From: Eledone cirrhosa
Taxonomy: Eukaryota
NCBI GenBank assembly: GCA_964016885.1
Contig: OZ024740.1
Location: forward strand, 277,140,001-277,204,000
Direction: 5' to 3'
DNA: 64,000 nt
The position numbers and the translations under genes are program-made. This document shows positions 24,728 through 38,900 of the stretch, piece by piece; position 1 is the first letter of the stretch; each line of letters starts with the position of its first letter. The notes under the pieces were generated by a model. It saw nothing but the letters and a program-made list of their open reading frames with translations. It did no database searches and was not told where the DNA came from.

Positions 24728-24914
24728 AATAATTGTTTCTATTTTTGATACAAGGCCAGAAATTACCCCAGTTTATTACTGGTACTTTATTTTATCGATC
24801 CTGTAAGGATGAAAGGCAAAGTTAACCTCGGCGGGATTTGAACTCAGAACATAAAGAGCCGTAACTCTATGCTGCAAAGCATGGCGTCCAAGCCTCTACC
24901 GATACTGCCAATCC
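24728..24914 (-). mobile_element. SINE family A, near full length
   Basis: Reverse complement of box A/B, body and tail. Confidence 0.85.
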
Positions 24915-27199
24915 AAATATTAATGCACTTCTTGTTACTCTATATATTTAGTTGATTTCTGTTTATTTACAAATCAGGTAATTGAATAATTCAGTTAATC
25001 GGATAACCTTTCCAAATATCGAATCGATTATCATCAACTCTATGTAAAATGGATCGGTTAATTGATAATACATAAGCTGTCTATTCTGGGTTATTACATA
25101 ATATATTTTTTATAATTTTGAATAAACACATAATATGTGAAATATAGCAAAAATGATGATGTATTTGATTTGATATTAATGAAATGATTCTGGAAGCTTC
25201 CGTTTTCATGATACCTTAAATTACAATAGTACTTCATGTTTACAAACAACCGATATCAAAAGAGTTAAAATATATTCAAAATAGCCTTACCAATTCAATG
25301 ATTTAAAGTCTATCAACTTTCAGATTCCGATGTATGCTTATCTTACTTATAATTGTGTAATAAAATTCTACAATCGATGAGTGATCATTGTAGATAGGAT
25401 TTGGAAAACGATAGTTTTAATTTAAGCAGTTTAATGGGCGTTATATTATTGTTCTCATTATCGATTATGATATCCTGATTTTCTCAACCAGCGCGCCACA
25501 TTTTATTAAGCAATGAAAAGTGGGCGAAAGCCATTGTGAATTTGAATATGTATTTTATTAAATTTATGTAATTGAAACGTATCAAAAGGAGATGAGATCG
25601 CTCATAGGGAATAAACCTAGCTTGAACTGGGTGTCCACATGATGTACAAAAAGAAAACAAACTTTTAATTTTGCTATATTATGCATGTGTAACATTTCCC
25701 CAATACTTCACCACTGATGGCATATTGAAATTTCACAATCTATCATCAATTATACAAATTCGATCAACTGACCTCTCCAGTTAATTTCACATGAATCTGA
25801 ATCATAGATAATACGCAAAACTTGTAACTGGCTGTAATTTTGTTGTTTTTAGTGAATTCGGTTATCTTTCCTGTGTTATTGTATGGTATAAGTATGCGAG
25901 TGAATGGAGGATTCTTGCTGATTGTCTCTACAGCTCAGGTCTTGTGAATGATATTGAGCAGACAGAAACTGTATAGAATGACACAAAAGGCAAGGCGTGT
26001 CACATGTATGATATATGTAAAATCCTCATCTATTTGCACTACAATTCAATTAACGTATTTCTGTTGATCAAAGATTGCTTTATTTATCGTCAAAACCAAT
26101 GTAAAATCCATTTACTTACTGGCTGCAAAAATATATGTAGTCATGCGACGTAAGTTTGTGTGTTTGTATAATGAGTGTTTGTAAGTTTTTATATTTGTGT
26201 GGGTGTATGCTAGCTTGTGTTTCTGTGTCTGTGTATAAGGATGTGTGTATAGTACAGAGACAATTGTGAGTGCGATGTTTGAGTGACCTGTTTAAATCCT
26301 ATTATTCTTGAGATTTAGCCCTAGTCAACCCTGTCCAAACTTTATTAACAGTGGACTTAGTCATATCGTACCAATATCTGCATTATGTAGTGCACCAATC
26401 ATTTTAAAGACATTTTAATATGATTTGAGGAAGATTTGACTGCTATATATATAGAAATCGAGACAGTATATAGGCTACCATTGTACGAAACAGTGACAGC
26501 AGGACTACCCACGATGCTAAATTGATATAGTTATATAGATTAGATTTCATATTATTTCATTTCATGTTGTTTTTTTCTGGGAAGAATAGAGGAATTTCTA
26601 TTATTTCTATCTTTCTATTTTCATTTTTAGAATACCTTTTATTTATTTGTTTAGTTATTGATATTTCTTTAAATTTTAATATTTTGAAAATGTTCGGGCA
26701 CTTGATATTTGGAATTGTATGAGAATGTAACAGCTGCTGGCATTTTGAAAAACACAAAAACAATTTCTTTAAAAGAGTCTGCGACTTCATCACAACAAAT
26801 TTACAAATAGCGTTGCTGTTATTAAGAAAATTGGAATAATGAAACCAGAAGAATATGGTTACTTTCACACCTGTTTTGCGTAACAAACGAGAAAGAGAAA
26901 ATGTCCACTTTCATAGTTTACGATGAAGAGTGACAATGGCTATAGATGTTAAAATGTAGTAGTGTTGAATCGTAAGATATACGTTCAAGTATTACCATCG
27001 ACAATAATTTTACTCATTATACAAGACAACAAACCTTTATTAAATTTAACATAATCCTTAGATTTCTAGGTGATGGCATTCATCATCAAGACTTCTGATC
27101 AAATGTGTTGCTACGCTTATAATAAGAGGAATTATTTAGTATTTAACGTTTTGGTTATTGATAAATCATAATGACTAATCACAAATATATATTATTCAT

Positions 27200-27522
27200 T
27201 TAGTATTTTACTGGTTTCAGTCATCAGATTGCGACCATGCTAGGACATTGCTATTTTTAGTCAATCATATTGACCTCAGTACTTATTTCTCAAGACTGGT
27301 ATTTATTTTATCGATTGCTTTTTGTCGAACTACTAAGTTAGGGACAAAGTCCTGACCAAACACATATATTTACAACGGTTTTCTGCTGTTGCGATTTATT
27401 AAATTTCACTCGCCATGCATTAATCACCCCAGGCTATAATACTTGTGCCATGCTGTGGATCTGAACCAATAACCTCGTGGCTGCAAAACAAACTCCTTAG
27501 CCACACAAACATGATTGCACCT
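27200..27522 (-). mobile_element. Older tRNA-derived SINE of a different family
   Basis: Decayed tRNA-like head at 27455-27522 (reverse complement has TGGCTAAG..GGTTCAGATCC); body contains ctggtatttattttatcga. Confidence 0.5.
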
Positions 27523-27540
27523 GTAACCATGCCTATATCT

Positions 27541-27770
27541 ATCATCATCATCATCATCATTTCATTTTACGTCCACTTTTCCCTGCTTGCAAGGGTGGGA
27601 CGGGAACTGATTCTGGCTTGATTTCTACAGCTGGATGCCCTTCCTAACACCAACCTCATTTACAGTGAGTGCTGGGTGCTTTTTTGCCGTGGCACCTCCA
27701 CAACCACTTTACAGTGAGTGCTGGGTGCTTTTTTGCCGTGGCACCTCCACGACCACTTTGCAGTGGTATG
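27541..27770 (-). mobile_element. SINE or RTE-related fragment with (GAT)n tail and an internal ~50-bp duplication
   Basis: (CAT)n, then ctacagctggatgcccttcctaacaccaacc; ttacagtgagtgctgggtgcttttttgccgtggcacctcca occurs twice. Confidence 0.5.
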
Positions 27771-27789
27771 ATAGGGACCCCCAGTCCCT

Positions 27790-27937
27790 ATCATCTCATT
27801 TCTACAGCTGAGTAAACTGGAGCAATGTGGAATAAAGTGTCTTGCTCAAGGAAACAACACATCACCCGGTCTGAGAATTGAACTCACAACCTTTCGATTG
27901 CAAGGCCAATGCTCTAGCCATTAAACCATGTGCCCCC
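27790..27937 (-). mobile_element. CORE-type tRNA SINE
   Basis: Reverse complement has box A TGGTTTAATGG, box B GAGTTCAATTC and CORE-like gtgttgtttccttgagcaagacactttattccacattgctccagtttactcagctg. Confidence 0.7.
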
Positions 27938-28744
27938 ATTAATTAGTTTTAACGATTTAATATTTCTACCATATAAACGCCCCCAACACTCTCTCACTTA
28001 TAAAATATATACTGGTCTCTAGCATCACACGTTGCACCGCTTAAACAATATAAGCGTTCTCCGTCTCTGTATAACCTTTCACAGATACCTTCCTCTCTAG
28101 TCATTTCAGAATGCGATTGGTGAAAGTATTTCTTTGTTGCATCTTCCTAGTTTCTATCCAAACTTCAAATCTGAATCGACCCAAACGCTAAGCATTTGTA
28201 CTGCATCGTTTATATATTGGCAGGCAATAGCTAACTTATATTTGCATCCTGAAAACCCATTCACTTTTCCTGGTTAACTATTGCTTATGAGATCACCTGG
28301 TATTCATTTCTGTTTATTGGAGAGTGTGATTCCTGATTTGTAAGACCCCATAATTGTGACCCCGTCAACCCATATATAAATATTACGCCTCCTTATATCT
28401 CGTTTCGAGAAGAATGCACTTTTATATGCAGCTGCTGAGGTAAGGTTTCAAAAGCCAATATGTACAGAAACAATACATAGGGAGGGTGCCAGCGAAAGAT
28501 GTAACTCAGCACCTTACTGAATGCAGTATATTCCTCATTAATAGCTTGATATAATAATTTCACTCTCTCTGCTTCCTGAGATCAAGCAAAATCTACTTTT
28601 CAATGTAAAGTTAGACATAAATACATTCTTCCCTCTTACTCACTCCTCACTGTTATCGTGTATCTTTGAATTGCTGTTGTTGTCGTTTATGCCGTTGCAG
28701 TTGAAGCGTAATGTTGTTGCTGTTATTGTTGTTGTTGCTTATTA

Positions 28745-28885
28745 AGAGTCGAATTCGCCGAACCGTCAGAGCAGCGATTAGAAAACCTATAGTATTAGTT
28801 TCGGCGCTCTGGGTTCTGAGTTCAAATCCCACTCAGTTCAACTTGCTTTTCGTATTTTTGCAGTGAAAAATAAAATACCATTCCA
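28745..28885 (+). mobile_element. Diverged relative of SINE family A (5' half)
   Basis: ctgagttcaaatcccactcagttcaacttgcttttc..aaataaaatacca. Confidence 0.5.
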
Positions 28886-28894
28886 TTACCATGA

Positions 28895-29160
28895 AGGTGG
28901 TAAATGTGTTGGATAACGATCATAATGTCGTGGGTTCGATTCCTAAACTGGGTTGTTTGTTGTGTTCTTCAGCAAAACGCTTCTTTTCACCTTGCTCCAG
29001 TATACTCAGCTGAAAATTAGTACCAGAAATAAACTGGTGGTTTAACCCTGCGATGAACTGGCGTGATGGCCAGAGGGAATCTTGTACTCTCAGTCGCTTA
29101 ATGCCACGGAAACTGAGATAAGCCCCGGCCTGATGAGCCTTCGGACACGAGACAGACCTT
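28895..29160 (+). mobile_element. CORE-type tRNA SINE, near full length
   Basis: Box B GGTTCGATTCC, CORE-like segment, then accctgcgatgaactggc..gtcgcttaatgccacggaaactgagataagc. Confidence 0.65.
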
Positions 29161-29953
29161 AAAATATAGTACCATTCCTCTACCAGTGGTCACTGTACTT
29201 TTCTCTATAGACTATACCAACAATTCATTGGTCTGACTTTGTTGCAATGTGCCACGCTGATCCAGCCTGCGAATTGCCTAAAGTGTACGCGTTTTGATGA
29301 AATACCCAACCACATATATATTAAATTCACAAATAGGAAGTTAGATGATCAAATAAAGTGAATGTTCATCGTCGATAGCGGTGAAAAATTCATCGCTTTT
29401 TTATATTGCTGATATTTTGCCCACCTACTTTATATTTTTATGTATTTTCTGTGTTAAACTTTGAGATAATCTCTTTATTATTTGCCGTTTGTTTTTTGGC
29501 AGTGTTGTGCTATAGTTTTTTCTTCTTGAACGTTAAATTCGTTTTTCTTTTCCCACTGAATAAAGAAGATAACCACTACAGTCATATTCATAGGAAACCA
29601 TACACTATCACCATTGTAGTGGTCAAGTTTGTTTTTGTTGAAAAAATTATACCAGACTCCAACGGAGAAACAAATGATAATAGTCTTTTTCTAAACGAAA
29701 GTGTATAATAATTATTCTTTCATTTATAAACAGTAAAATATAACACAAATATTATTGGGGAAAAGCAACAACAATGCAATAGAGACATAAAACAGAAACG
29801 GAAACAGAATAATTCGTACAATATTCAGCGCCAACTGCAATAATCATGGTATCTAACTTCTGTACAAGACCAGCAATTCCTAGTGAAGAGAAACTTGATT
29901 AAATCAACCCAAGCACTGACCTGGTATTCTCTTTCATAGACCACGAAATAATG

Positions 29954-30170
29954 GTTTCTTATATAGTCACAAGGCCAGCAATTTTGGGGGAGGGGAAACT
30001 CGATTAAATCGACACCAATGCGTGACTGGTACTTTATTTTATCGACCCTGTGAGGATAAAAGGCAAAGTTAACCTCGGCGCGATTTGAACTCAGATCATA
30101 AAGGGCCGTAACTCTATGCTGCAAGCCATGTTGTCCGACACTCTACCGATACTGCCAATCCACCACCCTC
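29954..30170 (-). mobile_element. SINE family A with 16-bp TSD, nested in an older family-A copy (about 29845-30200)
   Basis: Exact TSD agaccacgaaataatg at 29938-29953 and 30171-30186. Confidence 0.9.
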
Positions 30171-30285
30171 AGACCACGAAATAATGAAAAGCAAAGATGG
30201 CCGTGAATGACTATGTTGAAAGCTTGCAGCGACTGCTGACCATGGTAATCAGTGCAGCTAAATGCTGACTTCAAAAGATGGAGTG

Positions 30286-31000
30286 CTACACGAGCTCAGA
30301 TGTTTTGTCAAAAACGGATTGGATAGTATGCCTTCTAAATTCTATATTTACATCTCTGACCTTATCGCTACATTTTTCGCAGTCGTCTATTCTAATGGCA
30401 GCAGATTGATGCACAGGGATTGGTGACACTGTAGATGTTGAACCCGAACAATGTGTTCGTGACAGAAAAATGCAAGCCCGTAACTCTACTAAAGAAAGCG
30501 GCTCGATGAGATTTTGGTGCTTGTTGTAAGTAGTGTAGTTGGAAATGCGCAAGCCTATGCCATCCGTATTTACGCCTATGTAGACCACCTCTTTTAATAA
30601 GTTATATAGTGGGCCAGGAATAAATCAGGCGTTGACAGGGCCCATCAAAGTTTTCGACAGGGTTGACCATCTCGACTTGGACCCTGTCCTCAGAGCCGCT
30701 GGTTTTGATTGTGTCGTCACAGATGGGGTCGCTACAATCTGTTTAGCCGTCAATAGGAATCGTTTATCCTCGTAGATTCTGTCCGTGAACTGCCGTCATA
30801 ATTTTCTTGGGGACTGGTTTAGTCTAGACCGCTAGGTGGACAAGAATTGGGAAAAGGCCATGAGAAAGTTGACCGATCTCAGAAAAGAGCTGAAAGGGAG
30901 TTTCCTCTTAAATATTAGGCTGAAGTGGCTGATGCCTATGTTGTTTTAATTTTATTGGAGTGCATACATGGTATCTTCTCGTAGAACGAATAGGTTTTGA
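30286..31000 (-). mobile_element. Ancient PLE GIY-YIG remnant
   Basis: VVYIGVNTDGIGLRISNY resembles YIGET...R..NH; otherwise decayed. Confidence 0.3.
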
Positions 31001-31529
31001 TATGATTTCAGTCTGTTGTCAACACTCAACCAATGATGGTTTTAGGGGATACCGAATGAACATAATAGCATGTATAAATTTGAGTGTTTTCCCCTTATCC
31101 TCATCATGCAGTGTAATTTCTCCATTTACTTGATAGATATGTTGTCGTCTGTAGGAGATAGATATACCAATTAGAAGACATTTTTTTCTTTGTGATCGTT
31201 GATTATTTCACCCAATCGGTTGGCTTTGATCTCTCTGTAGGTGTTTATTGGCATATCTCACAGAATGGTTACTTCATCCTTTCTAACACCTTTTCTAGTG
31301 CATGTTTGTACCACCTTTTTTTCTGTTCGTATTTGGTAGTGTTGACATTCCATTGTATGTAGATCACAACATCTGTAGATATATTCTTTATTTACTAAAA
31401 TCTGGTTGACCAAAGATAATGCGCAATTACTCCATTTTCTAATTTCGGTGGTTTCTAGTGGGAAGGCTTTGATTTTGTGCTATATTTGGAAATCCTTCAG
31501 TCTCAGCTTTAATCCCGTGCTTATTATTA

Positions 31530-34500
31530 TTATAATTTTTACTTTTTTCATTATTGTTTCTGAGATATATGCCGAGTGTCTTCCCGACACCTAGGGCAAA
31601 TAAATTCACAGTGTGCATTGGTAAGCCAGTTAATACAGCACATTGATTATAATTTAAAAAAAAACAGTATACATATATACACATGTGCATATGCATATGT
31701 AAATACAAGGAGGGATGTCAATCTTACAGAGATAGTGCTCTTCTCAATACGTGTGCAGTACCAGTCAAAACAATTTTTTACACCTCGTGCAGAGAGGGTA
31801 AACCAGGAATCATTCGCAAATATTGTTCTGTTCCTTTCTTGATCGTTCCCAGTCCTCCCACAATCACTGGTATTGTAACGGCCTTGAGGTGCAACATTTT
31901 CTCAATTTCAATAAGCAGATATTTATATTTTCGTAGCTTGTCAAATTCTTTTGCCGCGATATTGTGATCACATGGGATGCTCATATCTATCAATAAACAG
32001 ACCTTGTTATGTTGATCTTTTATAATAATGTCAGGTATATTTGCTTTTATGGTCCTGTTAGTATGTACAGGAAAGTCTCAGAGAATTGTTACTTTTTCTC
32101 CTTCAGTTACAGCCTCAGGGTGATGATTGTACCACTTGTCTTCAGCATTGATTTTGTAATGCCGACATATTACCCAGTGTAGATATTGGCCAACTCTGTC
32201 ATGTCTATATTTGTATTCTACTGGTGCTAAAACTTTACATCAAGAGACTAAGTGATCCACTGTTTCAACACCAGCATTGCAGAATCGGCACTTTGGGTTT
32301 ATTCCATTTCTCATTACATTGGCCTGGTAATTACGAGTCAATAAGCTTTGTTCTTGGGCAGCTAACATGAAGCCTTCACTCTCCGCCTTTAGCCCTAACT
32401 ACGTAGCCACTGATGGGTGAGCTTTTGGTCAACATCAGCTTGTTTGCTACGGGCCACATATTTGCCAGGTTTCTGCTCCCAATTTGATGCTAATTGTCCT
32501 TGCCCTTTTGCTTTTGCCAGATTGTATGTGCCTAGCAGCATCAGTTGCAACAGTTTCTTTAGTCTCTCCAGCCTGGGTATCAAGCATGAGATCAGTAGCA
32601 TATTTGTTGCTCTTCTTCAAGATAGAATGAAGCTTCTTACTTCTCTCATGCTTTTCAACAAGCTTCAGCATACAGTCGTTAGTTGGTTCAAGGCATTTGG
32701 CCAGTCCAATGATGGTGGTCTTGTAAGCAAGTTCAAATTGGAGCAGGCCACGACCTACTTGAGTTCTAGGAAGGTAAAGACGATCCACATCTGCTTTTGG
32801 GTGGTACATCCTATTACAGCTTACGGACGTTGGTGTCGATTCTTTTGATTTCACTCATATTCCAGTTCAACGCACCGAAGCTATAAATGACAACTGGGAC
32901 TGCCAAGGAATTTATAGCTAGCACCTTGTTACGAGCGTTTAGTTCTGATCTCAAAACTGCACGTACTCTCCTGTAAAATTCTTTCCTTATCGTCTCTTTC
33001 ATACTTGCATTCTGTATGCCAGAGCCCTCATTAATTCCTAAGTATTTATAGGTTTGTTCCTGCTCAAGTTCCTTTATGATTGTTTCAGCATCCAATTCAA
33101 CTGAGTCTGAGTTGACAAGCTTCCCCTTCTTAAAAGTGGATTTTGCACACTTGTCAAGTCCAAACTCCATCCTGATGTCATCGCTAAACGTTTTTACTGT
33201 CCGCAAAAGCCTTCCAGTCGTCATTATCTTTGCAATATAGCTTCAAATCATCCGTATAAAATAGGTGGCTTATTTTTTTGTTGTCAATTCTATAACCGTA
33301 CCCTGTTCTATTAAGCTCGGCTGTAAGGGGTATTAAAGCTATTCAGAAAAGCAAGGATGAAAGTGAGTCACCCTGGAATATACCACAGTTGATGTTTATA
33401 TTCCTAGAGCACAGTACCCCAGTGGAATGAGACAATTGGAGATTTGTGTTTCATAATGACATATTGTGTTTCAGGAAGTTTGAGATCACAGGTGAGATTT
33501 TGAAGATGTCCAGTGATTTCAGAATCCATGAGTGTGGTATGCTGTCAAAGGCTTTTTTATAATCGATCCATGCAGAACTGAGATTTCTGTGTTTATTATG
33601 ACAGTTCTCAAGGATAATACGATTAATCAAAGTTGATCTTTGCAACCATATGAACCTCGTCGGCACCCTTTTTGTTCAATGGGAAAAAGATTGTTCTCCT
33701 CCAAAAACACGTATGCTTTTTCCATAAGAATAGAGGTTAATAGTTTATAAGTGGTGGACAAGCAGGTTATGGGCCGATAGTTTTTTTGATCTTTGGTTTC
33801 GTTGTTCTTTGGTAGAAGGTAGGTAATGCCACTTGCTATCCAATCAGGTGTATTTTTGAATCTTTCATAATTCCTTTAAACAGCTTTACCAATATATTGT
33901 GAGAGCACGGGAGTGAGGAAAGTCAGAAATTTGGCACCCTGTCTCTACCAGGAGATTTCCATCTATGAGATTTATTGAGTGCTGTCCTTAAGTCTGCTAT
34001 AGAGATGTCTTCCCACGCCTGCTCTTCTAAATTTGTGTAGGATTTTTCCAGGCGACTAATCCAATCTACATTAGACATATGTCTTCTCATCACTCCAAAT
34101 CTTACTCCAGAAGTTTTCAACTTCTTCTATGGACGGGGAGTCTTCAATAATTATTTTTTTCTTCCCTACTTCTCTATAAAATGACTTGTCATTGGATGAG
34201 AACAACTTATTTTGCCTGTAGAAGTTGTTTCGCTTCTCTAATCTACGAATTATTTGGGCTTTTACTTGGACTTTTTGTTTCAGAGATTCTTTTGTTGAAA
34301 CTGTTGCTTCTCTAGAAGACAGTTCATATTTTCTCTTTAGCTTTCTTACCTTCCTGGATCTTATATCATTTCCAGCGGTTAACTCACTCAATAAAGATAT
34401 TTCTCCTCTCCTTACGTCAATATCCCTTTCGATTCTACTCCTCCAAATTGGTTTACCTCGAAGGTTCGACTTTTTTTCTTTTTTTGGTGGTAAACAACTT

Positions 34501-34785
34501 GCTTCAATTACTCTAGCAGATAAATGATTTCATTTAACTCAGTAAGATCAGGTTCTAGTTCTTCTATGATTTCTTTTGTCACAGAATTACCAGTAATGCA
34601 CTGGGTAATTGCTGGCCTTGTGCCTAAAGTAGAAACAATTATTTGTTTTTTTTTTATTTTGGATTGTATTTGGGAGTTTTTGAAATGGTTCTCTATCATT
34701 TATACTAGAATGTCTTACTACTGCAAGCTCAGTCAGTATTTTTTGCTTTAATTCCTTCATAGTCTTCAGCAGATGTATGGGTTTT
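31530..34785 (-). mobile_element. R4/Dong-clade RLE retrotransposon copy 1 (5'-truncated, many stops and frameshifts)
   Basis: KSPGRD, AWIDYKKAFDSIPHSW, GIFQGDSLS, FSDDIRMEFGLDKCA, YKYLG, IDMSIP..KLRKY, ends GTAHVLRRALSL* at 31724; ATT repeats at the 3' end (~31522-31533). Confidence 0.9.
34588..34643 (+). mobile_element. SINE family A 3' fragment inserted in Dong copy 1
   Basis: taccagtaatgcactgggtaattgctggccttgtgcctaaagtagaaacaattatt. Confidence 0.8.
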
Positions 34786-34796
34786 TTTATTATCAT

Positions 34797-34946
34797 TGTT
34801 TTTTTTTTTTGTTTTTTTATTACATCCTCTGTTTTTGTTTTTTTACACGCAGAAATGTCCATTTGTACTGTCCTGTATTGTCCTTAATGTCTACTTTATG
34901 TAAACCTTTGTGGTTAATAAAGAAAGTATTATTATTATTATTATTA
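34797..34946 (+). mobile_element. L1/Tx1-like 3'UTR remnant with (ATT)n tail
   Basis: tttacacgca and ttgtggttaataaagaaa+(att)n match 51294-51448 (tttacacgca and ttgtggccaataaagaaa+(att)n). Confidence 0.65.
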
Positions 34947-37900
34947 CAGCTGCATTTATCTTGCTTTATGCTCATACGAGATATCACTAAGTCACAACCA
35001 GTGACCTCAAGAGACAACAAGGTCCGCCATGTTCAAGAAAGAACATACATACTCACACATGCATCTTTAGGTGTTTAGACTTGTGATGTACTTATATTGA
35101 CAGAATCTTCCTTAGTATATGGGCAGTTCCCATTAGTACTATCTTTTGTATTTCTCCTATACGCGGGTTTCCTGAGATTTGCGATAAGTAATCATTAAAC
35201 CCCTTAGCTATCATTCCTAGAGCGCCTACAACCACTGGTATTGTTTTAGTTCTCAATTTCCACATTTTTCCAATTTCTATCACAAGGTCCTTATATTTGC
35301 TCAATTTTTCAAATGTTTTTATAGATACATTCTTGTCTATTGGAACGGACATATCAATTAGCAGGCATACCCTCTTTTTAAAGTCCTTCAATATTATATC
35401 AGGTCTATTTGCATCTATTTTTCGGTCTGTTTGGATCATAAAGTTCCACAAGATTGAGGTGTGATCTTTCTCAAGTATGGGAGGTGGTTGATGTTCCCAC
35501 CAATTCTTTTGATGGGGCAGGTCAAAATGCTTACACATTATCCAATGTATGTATTGTGCAGCTCTGTCATGCCTGTTTAGGTATTCGGTTGGAGCTATAG
35601 GACTGCACATTGAAAGTATATGGTCAATGGTCTCTGGTTATTTTTTATATACACGGCATAATGGGCTGCATCCATTTTTTATTATGTTGGCTTTGTAATT
35701 TTTTGTTGGCAGACACTGATCTTGTACTGATATAATCAGTCCTTCAGTCTCCGATTTCAGTCCAGAGGATGCCAACCACTGATGGGTTAAAGTTTTGTCC
35801 ACATCAGGACTGTTAGCTCGTTCTGGGTATTTTCCATACACAGGCTTTTCTTGCCATTTCTTAGCCAGTTTCTGTAGCAGTTCTTTCTTTGCAGTTACTT
35901 TTACCTGCTTTGCTTTTTCTGTGTTTTCCATTTCAGCAGTAAATGGGACTTCTGAAATGTGTAGTCCATTACTGTATCTTTGTGCATCTTTTGTAATGGG
36001 GTATGATCTTTTGATGCTTTCGTATTTCAAAACGAGTTTGATCATCCAATCATGTGATTCCCTTAGATATGTAGATAATCTAATTGTTGCAGTTTTCAAC
36101 GCAATGTCTAACTGGATTAACCCACGTCCTCCTTCTTTCCTAGGGAGATATATTCTATCTATATCTGCCTTAGGGTGATGCATTCTGTGCATGGTTAAGA
36201 ATTTTCGAATTTTTGTATCGAGCCTACGGATCTCTGTGCTTGACCAGTTGATGACATTGTAACTGTAGGTTACTACTGGTATGGCAAGCGTGTTTATGGC
36301 ATCGATCCTATTCCTTGCATTCAATTCCGTTCTTAAGATTGCTCTTACTCTGCGGTAACATTCCTTCCTTATCCTTTCCCTCATTGTCGAGTGCTTGATT
36401 CCGTCTCCTTCACAAACACCTAGATATTTGTAAGTTTCCTCTTGATCAAGTTCTCTTATCACATTCCCCCGATCAAGATTAATGTCTGAACTTTTCAGCA
36501 GCTTTCCTCTGGTGAACGTTGCTTTGGCGCATTTATCTAGTCCAAACTCCATTTTAATGTCATCACTAAACTGCTCCACAGTGGATAATAGCCCTTGCAA
36601 TTGTTCATCATTTATTCCAAATAGTTTCAGGTCAACCATGTAGAACAAGTGATTAATGGTTTTGTCACAGACTTTATATCCATGTTTTGTTTCATTGAGC
36701 ACTTTAATTAATGGTATAAGTGCGATGCAGAATAAAAGCGGTGATAAAGAGTCACCCTGAAACATTCCACAATTAATATTAACTTCTCCAGCTTCCAGTG
36801 ATTTTGTTTCACTATTCAAAAGGAGTGTCGTTTTCTATGTCTTCATACTGAATGACAAAAACCTCCTGACAACGGGAGATATTTTGAAAATCTCTAAACA
36901 TTTTTCAATGCAACTGTGTGGCAAACTATCGAATGCTTTTTTATAACCTATCCAAGCAATTGATAGATTTTTGTGTCTATTATGACAATCTTCCAGTATC
37001 ATTTTGTTAACCAAAAGCTGATCCTTACAGCCATATGAGCCTCGTTTACACGCTTTCTGCTCAATGGGAAATAGGTCATTTGTTATCAGGTGGTCATATG
37101 TATATTCAGTTAGGACTGATGTTAAAATTTTATACATTGTGGTCAAGCAAGTTATCGGTCTCTAATTTTGGGGATTGTTTGTCTCATCATTCTTTGGAAG
37201 CAGGTATGCCGTTAACTAGCCATGATGGTATCTTTTCTGGCTCCTTAACTATTTCATTGTAAAGTTGGGCTAACAGCTCATGAGACTCTGTGAAGGCATT
37301 TATCCAAAAATTTTGTATTTTGTCTTTTCCTGGTCATTTCCATTTGCTGGTTTTTCTTAGAGCCAAACGCAACTGTTCAACTGTTATATTTCCCATATTT
37401 GTTCCTCAAGATGAGCTGTATCTTTCATTTGTCTGTCTATCCATGGGGCATGTATATTATGAACTTTTTTTTCGGCCCAGATCTTTTCCCAGAATTCTTG
37501 CACTTCCTCCTTGTGGTGGTATTGATTTAGAAGTTATTGTTGACTTTCCAATTTTTCAGTAGAAGATTCTTTGGTTGTTTTTGAACATATTATTGTCCTT
37601 ATAGAATCTAGATCGTTTTTCAAAGCGCCTTATACGAGCAGCTTTGGCCGACACTTTTTGCTTGATTATTTCTATCAGCATGTCTATGTCACTTGTTGAT
37701 TTTATACTGTACTCTCTTTTCAATTTTCTAAGTTTAGTTTGTTTAACATGTTCACCTACTTTATAGTTTGTTAAAATTTCTATGTCAGATCGTAGAAGGT
37801 TTATTTGGCGATTGATGTTCTCTTGCCAAGTAGATTTCTTGTGGGAATTCCTTTGTTTTTTCATCTTCACTACACATAAGTGAGTGGTGACTTTAGCCGA

Positions 37901-38900
37901 TGCATAATAGAGATGATTTAAATCAGTAATGTTTAGTTTGTTTGTGATGATAATGTTTTTGAGAATTATGTTAGTTTTGTGTATTATCTTTTGGTTCTGT
38001 TTGGAGTTCTGGATCTTAGGGAGGGTGTCTCGTTCCCCCATGTCAGATTCTTTCATTTTCATCCATTCGATCATAATTTCATCCTTCAAGTTGGCAAGTT
38101 CATTCTCATTCATTTCTTTATCATTTACGATCTCATTGTTTTCATTTGGAGTTTCATCTTGAGCATGCACTCCATCCACTTTTTCGATCCTTTCTTTAAT
38201 TTGATCTGTTGTCAGTGATTCCGCCCCAACCCTGGGATTCGAAGTGTTACAATTTACCTCGTTTTCACTGACACATGTTTCATTTTCCCTTCGCTGACTT
38301 TGTGCTAATATCTTGATCTGATCAATTTCTATATCAGTTAGTAACTTTTTTCTTACAATATTTCTTCGTATATTGGCTAGTTTGTTACTGTCAATATAGC
38401 CTCTGTTTTCGGGATGTTTCTTTTTCCAGTTGATATATGTCTGTTCTGTATTCGATGTATTTGATGGGTAGTACATGGCAGTGTAGAAAGCCTCAAGGAC
38501 TTCTTTATTATCTTCCCTTGACCATTTTTCTCTCTTTTTCTTTGGATTTCTTGGTGGTGAGCATGGAGGGCCAACAGTAGGAGTATTCCGGTTATGGGAG
38601 GTCTCCTGCTCCGAAGTGATGGGAAGGTTTGAACCATTAGCTGATTTTTCGACCCCAGTCTGGTTCCTCTCTGAGGGACGCGGCCCTTTTTGACCCGGGT
38701 GACGGCCGATCCGGTATGAGATTTTATCATTAGACATTTACTTTATTTTGTCGCGTTTTATCCTTATCCGCCAAGGGGTAATGATTTCGTGTTACCACTT
38801 CTAGGACGAGTGTCAACCAAGACTAGAGGGGTCGTTCTCCCCTAGAGACACGGCTACTCCCCGCCGGCCGCCTTCCCGGTATTTCTTGGTCACGGGGTTT
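34947..38900 (-). mobile_element. R4/Dong-clade RLE retrotransposon copy 2, apparently full length but disabled
   Basis: 5'UTR, ATG at 38737, Myb-like N-terminus (KWSREDNKEV..W..KHPE), RT (QGDSLSPLLF; YMDD reads YMVD), CCHC region, RLE (RPDII..IDMSVP..K.SKY), 3'UTR ending in (TAA)n. Confidence 0.95.
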
